Assembly: GCA_963669175.1 (NCBI GenBank)
Contig: OY769902.1
Span: 4,224,001-4,288,000 of the forward strand
Source of the DNA: a bacterium
GTDB taxonomy: Bacteria > Electryoneota > Electryoneia > Electryoneales > Electryoneaceae
Length of the DNA: 64,000 nucleotides
Direction of reading: 5' to 3'
This document shows positions 18,966-27,702 of this stretch, in pieces. The notes below the pieces were generated by a model, which saw only the letters and a list, made by a program, of their open reading frames with translations, was not told where the DNA came from and did not search any database. The position numbers were made by a program, and so were the translations under genes. Position 1 is the first letter of the stretch; each line of letters starts with the position of its first letter.

Positions 18966-18993
18966 GTATCGGAAAGCTTCGCTCTGAACTTTA
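18966..18993 (-). promoter_or_regulatory. Sigma-28 (FliA/SigD) promoter of flagellin
   Basis: Minus strand TAAA-N16-TCCGATAC, about 70 bp upstream of the ATG. Confidence 0.75.
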
Positions 18994-19298
18994 GCTTTTT
19001 TTACAGCGATTTTCAAAAATACTTCAAGTAAAGAGTGAGAAATCAACCTTAAATCATTATTTTTAATGCACTTAAAATTCAAAAGAACAACGAGAGGCAG
19101 GAGAGTAAAAGTTCAAGTAATGTTGCAGTTTTACCGCCAGTATCACCCTCAAGTAAATTCCAGCGTCACTTAACACATGCCTTTGCCTGTCTCGAGTTCT
19201 CTTCTTTTTATGAGAGAGTGACACGGAACAAACTACCATTGTATTAGATTTATTTTATTTATATTGTGAATTGACATCACATTGGAGGCCATGAAGTT

Positions 19299-20159
19299 AT
19301 GCTGAGAATCATGGGATCTATTGAAAATGTACTCTTCAGCAGAGTAGATGATTCTTCCCTGGCGCAACAGATTCTTGATGAGCCAACTTTTGCTATTGGG
19401 TGTGGCGGAATTGCGGATTCAGTTTCCGAAGCCAAACCCATCCTTGGCGAATTGGCGGTGCTTCCCGGACTGGCTGCTGTCCTTCCCGGCGATGGGCAGT
19501 ATTTTGCAGGCACCACATCCCTGACCTGCCAAACCTGGTGGACACCCTTTCAACTGACTGTTGCAGGCCTGAATATTGCCAGGATCGGCAAGTTCGGCAT
19601 TGAGGCAAATGAACTGGTATCAGCAAGGGACATTTGGAAACGTGCCATAGCCACACTCCCAACGGAAGAGCAACAGGCTCCGCTTTTCAGTATGATCTGG
19701 TCTGGCAAAATCAGTTCGTTGCGCGGATCATTTCTGAAAAAGCCACCGCTTCTTTCGCTGGCGCCGGAAAATGGAAAACCAATTGGCGACGTGTCCAACT
19801 ATGCTGACTGGTTTGGCATTGATCCGGATGGCGGCTCTGAAGGGATTAATGTCCTGGTGACAGGTGCGGCTTACAATCCCGAATCACCGGACCTGGTAAA
19901 GCTGTATGGATTGGATAAGCGGATTTTCTATCGCCATCCATCAGCCCCGGCCCAGGCCGATCCACTCATGATTCATCAGCATGCCGTATTGTTTAAGAAT
20001 AAGGTAAAATTTTCCTGGGAAGGCGCATTACTGGACGCGGTACTGTCCTGTTTTTCAGATGCCGAGATCATTGATGTGAAACATGTACTTGATGACAGCA
20101 CGTTTTCATTCTACGGTGGCGTTGTCAAGGCAGAGTGGGAAATAGAACCTATTGACTAA
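19299..20159 (+). CDS. Hypothetical protein
   Basis: 286-aa ORF with upstream ggagg; HQH motif near the C-terminus. Confidence 0.7.
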   Translation: MLRIMGSIENVLFSRVDDSSLAQQILDEPTFAIGCGGIADSVSEAKPILGELAVLPGLAAVLPGDGQYFAGTTSLTCQTWWTPFQLTVAGLNIARIGKFGIEANELVSARDIWKRAIATLPTEEQQAPLFSMIWSGKISSLRGSFLKKPPLLSLAPENGKPIGDVSNYADWFGIDPDGGSEGINVLVTGAAYNPESPDLVKLYGLDKRIFYRHPSAPAQADPLMIHQHAVLFKNKVKFSWEGALLDAVLSCFSDAEIIDVKHVLDDSTFSFYGGVVKAEWEIEPID

Positions 20160-20177
20160 GGAGAAGCAAACAGGGTA

Positions 20178-20603
20178 ATGTTGGGAAACGAGAGAACTGA
20201 AAGCCGTCAATTCCAGGTATCGCTGGATGACTTGCCTCGAGCGCTTGCGTTTGTACGCGAGTTCGCCCAGAAGGCCGGTCTCTCACGTAACGATGTGCTT
20301 GGCCTTGAGCTGGCTGTAGATGAAGCGCTGACCAACATCATCCGCTACGCCTTCACAACCATAGAAGGCAACTATGAAATCATACTGACCGAAGATTATC
20401 GGGGGGTTTACATTGAACTGATCGATGATGGCATCCCGTTTGATCCGACACGGGTTCCAGTCACCTGTAAATCCGCAGAAGAACTGGATGGATCGAACGG
20501 ATTCGGTCTGCTTCTGATCAACCATTTTACAGATGCGACGCAGTACCACCGCGATGGCGACAGCAAGAACCATTTCACCCTGATTCGGCTGAAAGCGTAT
20601 TGA
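20178..20603 (+). CDS. Anti-sigma factor / RsbW-like HATPase
   Basis: LELAVDEALTNIIRYA, DDGIPFDP, GFGLLLI. Confidence 0.88.
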   Translation: MLGNERTESRQFQVSLDDLPRALAFVREFAQKAGLSRNDVLGLELAVDEALTNIIRYAFTTIEGNYEIILTEDYRGVYIELIDDGIPFDPTRVPVTCKSAEELDGSNGFGLLLINHFTDATQYHRDGDSKNHFTLIRLKAY

Positions 20604-20698
20604 TCCTGACCTCCTCATTTTGCACCTTCCCTACTTCGTAATTCCAACACAACAGGCGAGCACTCTGCAACAACCTGACGTTACCAATTGAGGAATAC

Positions 20699-21220
20699 AT
20701 GGCTTCACCATTTTGTACGTTTGACAAGTTTGACCAAGGGATCACGTGGGAAGAGTACCTCGAAGCGGCAGCAGCATCTGAACTTCAGAGAAGACGATAC
20801 CTGGAAACGCCGGATGAAAAAATTCTGGATGCGTTTCGGGGAATATCCTCAACACGCTATGGTGTTATGCTTTGCCAGTTCGGCTGCGGTGATTGTGCTT
20901 TTTCTGTCCCGAGAATCTTACGCCTGCTTGATGAGATGCCCGATTGCGAAGTACGGCTTTTCCCGAAAGAAGCGCACCCGGACCTGATGGACAAGCTTGA
21001 GACCAACGGAAAACGCAGTGTACCGAAACTGGCATTATTGGATGAGAACATGGAGTTGTTGGCTACCTGGGGGCCACGCCCTGCCCCTATCCAGCAATTC
21101 GTTCAGGAGAGTGTCGCAGCCGGGAAGAAACCGCCCGAATGGAAGCCAACTGTACTCAAGTATTACCGGAACGAAGGTGTTCGCGATCTATACCATGAGT
21201 TGGTATCTCTCGTAAAATAA
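20699..21220 (+). CDS. Thioredoxin-family protein (Thioredoxin_9-like)
   Basis: CGDC motif, TNGKRSVP, WGPRP. Confidence 0.8.
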   Translation: MASPFCTFDKFDQGITWEEYLEAAAASELQRRRYLETPDEKILDAFRGISSTRYGVMLCQFGCGDCAFSVPRILRLLDEMPDCEVRLFPKEAHPDLMDKLETNGKRSVPKLALLDENMELLATWGPRPAPIQQFVQESVAAGKKPPEWKPTVLKYYRNEGVRDLYHELVSLVK

Positions 21221-21354
21221 TCACATACACAACCAGTCTTGAGATGTTGCCGAAAACTTCACTTAAAATTTTGAGCCATTCTTCTTCAATCACTTGACAG
21301 TGCGTTCTAAAGAGTAGCTCCTCGCCTTCCAGGGGGTAGCAGAAAGTTCGATAG

Positions 21355-21561
21355 TCTCATCTCGCGAAGGCTGGCTGTATCGGAACAGAAAACACTCTCA
21401 TCTCGCGAAGGCTGGCTGTATCGGAACAGAAAACACTCTCATCCCAGCGAAGGCTGGCTGTATCGGAACAGAAAACACTCTCATCTCGCGAAGGCTGGCT
21501 GTATCGGAACAGAAAACACTCTCATCCCAGCGAAGGCTGGCTGTATCGGAACAGAAAACAC
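21355..21561. repeat. Tandem repeat, 5 x 41-42 bp, containing a half REP
   Basis: Unit tctcatc(tc/cca)gcgaaggctggctgtatcggaacagaaaacac. Confidence 0.95.
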
Positions 21562-21712
21562 TCTCATCCCAGCGAAGGCTGGGATCCAGGCAAGCATCGA
21601 CAATATAACAAGTTGGATATAAAACGGCTCTTAATGTACCGCGTTTCTTGAGAAAACTTAATCTCTTGTGATAACGCAACATGACTGGATCCCAGCCTTC
21701 GCTGGGATGAGA
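21562..21712. repeat. REP-doublet (REPIN-like) element, copy A
   Basis: 28-bp IR tctcatcccagcgaaggctgggatccag at 21562-21589 and 21685-21712; homolog at 57933-58084. Confidence 0.9.
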
Positions 21713-21834
21713 ACCTCTGTGATTCTGAGACAGTTTGCTTTGTTCACGGCTGCGCTTCGCCCCCCGCAAGCTCCGCTTCGCTACGATTCGCATGAGATGA
21801 CAGAATGCGACATCTTTTCGAGTGTCGCAATAAC

Positions 21835-24405
21835 CTAAACCGCATTTCGGGCGGCATTGATATTTCCAAATAATGATCTCATCACCATTTTCTCGTATAA
21901 CGGGATCATGGCATCTTTATCCGTATTCCTGGATAATTGAATACGCATCAGGGCGTATTGCTGTATCGTCAGCAGCGGCAACACAATTTTTTCACGTAAC
22001 TGGATGCTCTGCCTGCTTCTTGGATTATCCTCCAGCAGATCGGTTTGCCCGGATATTTTCAGTGTCATTTCACGGGTCAACTGGTATTCCTCAAGAAGCG
22101 TCTGCCAGAATGCACTGAACTTGGAATCATTCTGCATGTAACTGGTGATGGCAAAGTTAGTTTTGCTCATGCTTTGCATACTGTTTGCCACAAATGCATG
22201 GAACAGGTTTGAGCTTTGATAGAGCTGGATGATATCATCCAGTTTCCCATCATCCTCCATCCTTTTCAGAGCTGTGCCGAGGCCGTAATAACCGGGGATA
22301 TTCTGTTTGAGTTGGCTCCATGCCCCTACAAACGGGATAGCCCGCAAATCCTCAAACTCAAACTCCTCCTTCTGCCCCCTGGATACCGGACGGCTCCCGA
22401 TATTCGCCATCCCATAGTATTTGAGGGTGCTGCGTTCCACCAGGTAGGGCATAAACAAGGGATGATTCTTCAGCGCCATATAGGCTTCATAGCTGAATGC
22501 AGCCATCTTGTTGATCAAGTCACGTTGCTCTGTGGAAAGATTATTCTGCTTTCCGGGGCGAAGTTTGCTTTTGACAATAGCCGTTAGCAACAATTCCAGG
22601 TTGTGCATGGCCGCTTCAACAATCCCGTAGTGTGAACTGATGGTCTGGCCTTGCAGGGTGAGTTGAACCTGCCTGCTTTCAATGGTAGAACCAAGGGAAG
22701 CATAGAACATATGCGAATTGCCGCCTCCCCTGGCGGGTGGGCCGCCACGACCATCGAAGAAATGCACCTTCACCCCGGCTTGGCGTGATACGGAGGTAAT
22801 CTCTTCCTTGGCGAGATAGATGGACCAGTTGGCCATCAGGTAGCCACCGTCTTTCGTGCCATCCGAGAAACCAAGCATCACAGTCTGGGTTTTATCCTGC
22901 TGTTCCAGGTGCCTCATATAGACTTCATGAGCATAAATCTCTTTCATGGCCCCTGCGGCGCTCTTCAAATCATCAATGGTCTCGAAAAGCGGCACAATAT
23001 CGACTTTGACTTCCTTGTCATCCCATCTGCACAGGCGAAAGAGCGCAAAAAGCCGCGCCATATCCACAGCGCCACGGCAATTGCTGATGATATACCTGTG
23101 CGCCCCTTTCTGACCATTGGATCTCTGGACATCACGAATCAGGCAGAAAGACCCGGCCGTGTCACGCAGGACCGGTTCTTCGATCTTTTGAACATCTATC
23201 TCCCCACTGACTTTCAGCAGAATGTCAATCTGTTCTGCTTCGCTTCGTTCATCCAGGTTTTCAGGGAAAATACCCGGATTCATGCTACTGATAGCTTGCA
23301 GGGTGGCATGTATGATTCGGCTGTCCTGCCTGATATCCAGGCTGGCAAAATGAAAGCCGAAATGCTGCACCTTCCTCTTGAAAGAATGCAGTTTGCCCAG
23401 GAATAGGCCCTGTTGTTCTTCTATCAGCGTGTTTTCTATGTCGTCAAGTTTCTGTAGAACACCATCCAGCGTAAGCTCATCTTCCAGCTTCACATTGTGC
23501 AATGCGCCATGTAGATCATCCCGCAAATCGATCAGCTTTTTGTGAATACCATCGAATGTCAGACGCCGGACCAGGTGATTGACGTCTTCCAGGTAACATG
23601 ACAAGATGGAATGCTTCAGTTCCGCAGCGACTTCTCTAGTAATCTCGCCGGTGACAAAAGGATTCCCATCTCGATCTCCACCCGGCCAGAAACCGAGCCG
23701 AATAATATCATCACGTTCTTCCATCCTTCCCGGGAAGGACTCCGCGATTTCATCCAGCAGGTTCCCGACCGCCGGGTAGAACACCTGCTGCAGATGCGAC
23801 ATCAGCAACTTCGCTTCATCGAGTGGGGTCGGTTTTTCATCATGGAAGAATGGTGTTCGCCCGAGCTGTTCCAGCAGATCCCGGATTTCAGCTATGGAGT
23901 TCTTCTGGATCGCAATCGTCATGTCAGCGATAATCGCCAGGACAGTCTGTGGGTAAAACTGGGTGGGATGGGCAGTCAAGACAGCGCGGATACCGGTATC
24001 ATCCATCTTCGAAGCGAGGAACTCCAGGCCATTCCTGCTCTTCTCTTTATCCAGGAGCTGCCCCCAGGAATGCGGACCGGTCACTCGATGAATCTGACTA
24101 TAGGCCGAATCTTCCAAGGCATCGATCAGTACGATCTGACGTTCAACATACTGAATGACTTTGAAAAGGAAGTTGATCTGCTCTGTTTCATCCAGATCAG
24201 GTTTATTGGCTGTAAAGAATTCCCTGATGATCCTCTCGGGGCTATGGTCATTCCGATACCCTTCCTGGCATGCTTCAAAAAGCAGGGTCATCCAGGCGCC
24301 GGTCTGCTGAACCGCATCCAACGGCAAGGCTTCAAAGAGACCATTGTATAACTGGTACTTGAGTTCTACCAGTTCCCTGAAGGATTGTTCTATATGCCCG
24401 CTCAT
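21835..24405 (-). CDS. ppc: Phosphoenolpyruvate carboxylase
   Basis: VLTAHPT, GGDRDGNPFVT, LDIRQDS, VPLFET, VMLGFSDGTKDGG, GRGG..ARGGG, LRAIP. Start placed at MSGH. Confidence 0.96.
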   Translation of the reverse strand: MSGHIEQSFRELVELKYQLYNGLFEALPLDAVQQTGAWMTLLFEACQEGYRNDHSPERIIREFFTANKPDLDETEQINFLFKVIQYVERQIVLIDALEDSAYSQIHRVTGPHSWGQLLDKEKSRNGLEFLASKMDDTGIRAVLTAHPTQFYPQTVLAIIADMTIAIQKNSIAEIRDLLEQLGRTPFFHDEKPTPLDEAKLLMSHLQQVFYPAVGNLLDEIAESFPGRMEERDDIIRLGFWPGGDRDGNPFVTGEITREVAAELKHSILSCYLEDVNHLVRRLTFDGIHKKLIDLRDDLHGALHNVKLEDELTLDGVLQKLDDIENTLIEEQQGLFLGKLHSFKRKVQHFGFHFASLDIRQDSRIIHATLQAISSMNPGIFPENLDERSEAEQIDILLKVSGEIDVQKIEEPVLRDTAGSFCLIRDVQRSNGQKGAHRYIISNCRGAVDMARLFALFRLCRWDDKEVKVDIVPLFETIDDLKSAAGAMKEIYAHEVYMRHLEQQDKTQTVMLGFSDGTKDGGYLMANWSIYLAKEEITSVSRQAGVKVHFFDGRGGPPARGGGNSHMFYASLGSTIESRQVQLTLQGQTISSHYGIVEAAMHNLELLLTAIVKSKLRPGKQNNLSTEQRDLINKMAAFSYEAYMALKNHPLFMPYLVERSTLKYYGMANIGSRPVSRGQKEEFEFEDLRAIPFVGAWSQLKQNIPGYYGLGTALKRMEDDGKLDDIIQLYQSSNLFHAFVANSMQSMSKTNFAITSYMQNDSKFSAFWQTLLEEYQLTREMTLKISGQTDLLEDNPRSRQSIQLREKIVLPLLTIQQYALMRIQLSRNTDKDAMIPLYEKMVMRSLFGNINAARNAV

Positions 24406-24585
24406 GTTCACCCTTTCCTTATGCCTGCCGATTGGATTCCTGTAGAGGAACAGGCTGTTGATTACAGTTGTGATAGAAGAAAATAGGACGCCAGTTGCAC
24501 CTGCAAAATGTGACCTTTCAGATTCTCCATTAATATCGAGCACACAAAGCTGTTCTCGATATTATTCCGTCATAAAGTAATTTTC

Positions 24586-24778
24586 GGGAAAAGGGACGGA
24601 ATCCTTTTCCTCGAGCTGATACGGAACATTCAAACTGAACCTATGGAAAAGGAAGCTGTCCGCTTTTCCGTGCAATTCCGGCCTGGTCTCAAGAAAAAGG
24701 GTACAGCCACCTTTCCCGCTCCATCTCACATCGGGAAGGTTTCATCACAGGGAAAGGAGGCAGTCCCCTTTTTCCATA
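24586..24778. repeat. Four-unit GGGAC/GTCCC palindromic REP array, copy A
   Basis: aaaagggacggaatcctttt, aaaaggaagctgtccgctttt, aaaagggtacagccaccttt, aaaggaggcagtcccctttt; homolog at 62876-63070. Confidence 0.8.
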
Positions 24779-24972
24779 TCCTTTACTCAAGCAATACAGT
24801 GGATCTTTCACTGATGCAGTAAATGAACATGTGACGGATGAATAACGGAGGTCGCTCCATCTCTGCCCCTGCCGATACAACAGCATCACCCAATTACCAT
24901 CTGAGATCATACTCTACTGGTTCCACAGCAGTTTCTTTTGTAGCTTAATAGCATCGTCAATTTTACCGGGAC

Positions 24973-27681
24973 ATGGTCATGACCAGAAGGATGCCAGCAG
25001 GGTTTGTTTGTATACTCATCAGTGTATTTCTGCTATCAAACGCATGGGCTGGACGACGCTTGTACGTGTTGCCCAGTGAAGATATCGAACTTGATGAGAT
25101 GCCCGCCATCCAGGCATTGAGTTCTTCAGTTCAATTCGAATCTCCCCTGGTTCAAAACGCACCGGTTGATGCTCGCTATAATCTCCATCGCTGGAAACTG
25201 GTCGAGCTGGCTGACGACGCAGATGTGGAAGCTGTCCGCTCTTTCCTCGAATCCCGTCCAGAAATAGCGGTAGCCGAGTTCGCTCCGGATCGTTCCATTT
25301 TTGCCGGTGGCGAGCTTGATGAACGTATCAATGATCCCTTTGCTTCGTTGCAGTGGCACCTGGACATCATTGATGCTTATGCCGCGTGGGACCTGGTGCC
25401 GGATGCTTCACAAGCGGTTGTGGCCATTGCCGACCTTGGGATTGCCATGGATCATCCGGACCTGGAAGATGCCCTCTGGACGAATACTGCCGAGGCCAAC
25501 GGTCAACCCAACGTGGACGATGATGGGAACGGGTATATTGACGACATCCACGGCTGGGACGCGGTAGACTGGGATGGCGATCCCACCCCAAGCAGTGGCG
25601 CTTATCATGGTACGCATGTTGCCGGTATCACCGGCGCTACGGCTGACAATAATCGTGGCGTTGCGGGAGTTGCTCCCGGCGTCAGGCTGATGAACCTTCG
25701 AATCGGAGCCAACAATAGTTTCGGAGCGGAACCCAGTTATGATGCGGTGATTTACGCTGTGCTTAATGGCGCAGACGTCATCAACATGTCCTATGGTGGT
25801 TCGGATAACAGCCTGTTTGAGAAAACACTGTTCGACTGGGCGTGGGATAATGGCGTGGTACCGATTGCGGCAGCGGGGAACAACGGCAGCCAGGTGAAGC
25901 AATACCCTGCCGCCTATGAATCCGTGATCGCGATTGCGTCAACCGATCCTGACGACCGCCTGTCCAACTTCAGCCAGTACGGAACCTGGGTGGATATTGC
26001 CGCTCCGGGCTCAGATATCATGAGTACTGTTATTGATGGTTACAGCTATGACAGCGGCACCTCCATGGCTTGCCCGGTTGCAGCCGGTGTGGCAGCACTA
26101 ATCGTTGCCTCTGATCCAAGCCTGTCACCCGCCGGAGTTCGCGCCCGCCTGATGCAGGGTTGCGAACCCCTGTACAATGTCGGCAATCCCGGTGTATTGA
26201 ATGGTCGGGTCAATGCGTATCGCGCAGTTCTTGGGAATCGTCCTGCACTGGAGCTGATCGATATCAGTTTCACCGGAAGCGGCGCTTACGGGCTGGTAGA
26301 ACCGGGGGATCATGCGAATGTTTCCCTGACCCTGGACCTGCTTGGCGCAAATGCCGGAGCTGTTCAGGTTGGCTTGACAACCTTGAGCAGCTCGATGCCT
26401 GCCAGCGGTACAGCGACTATCAGCAATCAGTCCATGGGACAATTTACCGTTGATCAGCTCGTTCTGGACATCGATGAAGATCTCGAACGTGGTTTCTACC
26501 CTGTTGGCTTAACCCTTTATGCTGACGGCTACCGTGACACAATGACTGTTACAGTGCCGGTAAGTCCGCCCTGGCTCGTGCATGAGGCGGGCGATATGCG
26601 TGCTACTGTCACAGACTTCGGCGCTATCGGTTTTACAGATCTGACCGGCCAAATGCTGGCAGATGGCGTGCGTGTTGAAGGTGTGCCCGGCTCCCCCCTG
26701 ATTCACGGATCATTGCTGGTGAATTTCGGGAACAGGGTATCCGATGCAGCCTATAACTTCGAGTTTGAAACTGTACTGAATGGCGAGATTCACCAGATAT
26801 ACTCCAGCGAAGGCTACCAGGTTTACCAGGCAACCTATGCTCACGAGATGTCCGGCCCTACGGAAAGCAACCGTGTTGCCCAGAGAACCACGTCCGACCC
26901 GGATGGCGGTAACTGGGTGATGTTCGAATATGAAGTAACCCGGACATCCACCGGTTCCGATCCTTACCGCATCGGGATGTACTGTGACTGGGATTTCCGT
27001 CCCTACCATGACAATACGGTCGGTTACGATCAATCACTTGGCCTGCAATACATACAGGGATCATCTGGTGCAGGCGGTATTGTGATCCTGGATGACACAG
27101 ACCTGTCAGCCGTAGTAGCTATTGATAATTATGACTACATCTATGATGGTTTTGCTGATACTTCAAAGGTAAGTTTAATGTCCAGTGGAACAGGCCATGC
27201 TTCCTCGTCCACAGAGAATGACTGGTCACAACTGGTTGTCTATGATGTCGGCACCCTGGATACCTGGGAATCGGCAGTTGTGCGCTTTGCGATCGTTGCC
27301 GGAACAACCGTGGATGAGATTAAAACAGCCGCACAGCAGGTTCGTGCTGTTGCTGGCGTTATCGCTGCGCCACGTTCCACATCGGGGCAAAATGGACTGG
27401 CGACCGATTTCTCCATCAGCCAGGTTTATCCTTCCCCGTTTAACAGTTCGACACGGATAGAAGTGGCGCTTCCCGGAACAGGACAGACAACGGTAGAGAT
27501 ATTCAATACCCTGGGCCAGAAAGTATCTGAATTGTATTCCGGTAATCTGCAAGCCGGGCATCACAGCTTCACCTGGAACGGAATGGGTTCAGACGGCCGT
27601 TCACTGGCATCCGGCCTGTACCTTGTCCGGGCACGTTTCACAGGAAATGAAGCGATGCGCAAAGTGATATTGTTACGTTAA
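24973..27681 (+). CDS. Secreted S8 (subtilisin-like) serine protease with FlgD-Ig/T9SS-type C-terminal domain
   Basis: Triad IADLG / HGTHVAG / GTSMA; C-terminal YPSPFN...IFNTLGQ...SGLYLVR. Confidence 0.92.
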   Translation: MVMTRRMPAGFVCILISVFLLSNAWAGRRLYVLPSEDIELDEMPAIQALSSSVQFESPLVQNAPVDARYNLHRWKLVELADDADVEAVRSFLESRPEIAVAEFAPDRSIFAGGELDERINDPFASLQWHLDIIDAYAAWDLVPDASQAVVAIADLGIAMDHPDLEDALWTNTAEANGQPNVDDDGNGYIDDIHGWDAVDWDGDPTPSSGAYHGTHVAGITGATADNNRGVAGVAPGVRLMNLRIGANNSFGAEPSYDAVIYAVLNGADVINMSYGGSDNSLFEKTLFDWAWDNGVVPIAAAGNNGSQVKQYPAAYESVIAIASTDPDDRLSNFSQYGTWVDIAAPGSDIMSTVIDGYSYDSGTSMACPVAAGVAALIVASDPSLSPAGVRARLMQGCEPLYNVGNPGVLNGRVNAYRAVLGNRPALELIDISFTGSGAYGLVEPGDHANVSLTLDLLGANAGAVQVGLTTLSSSMPASGTATISNQSMGQFTVDQLVLDIDEDLERGFYPVGLTLYADGYRDTMTVTVPVSPPWLVHEAGDMRATVTDFGAIGFTDLTGQMLADGVRVEGVPGSPLIHGSLLVNFGNRVSDAAYNFEFETVLNGEIHQIYSSEGYQVYQATYAHEMSGPTESNRVAQRTTSDPDGGNWVMFEYEVTRTSTGSDPYRIGMYCDWDFRPYHDNTVGYDQSLGLQYIQGSSGAGGIVILDDTDLSAVVAIDNYDYIYDGFADTSKVSLMSSGTGHASSSTENDWSQLVVYDVGTLDTWESAVVRFAIVAGTTVDEIKTAAQQVRAVAGVIAAPRSTSGQNGLATDFSISQVYPSPFNSSTRIEVALPGTGQTTVEIFNTLGQKVSELYSGNLQAGHHSFTWNGMGSDGRSLASGLYLVRARFTGNEAMRKVILLR

Positions 27682-27702
27682 GGTTTCCTGGAGAGGCCGT
27701 TC

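Noticed and set aside
21381-21388. CGGAACAG in the 41-bp repeat as an IS1111 target
   Set aside because: Matches only one guide; the TCGAGTT half is absent.
21355-21561. CRISPR array
   Set aside because: Inter-repeat segments are identical rather than unique spacers, the unit derives from the adjacent REP, and no cas genes are present.
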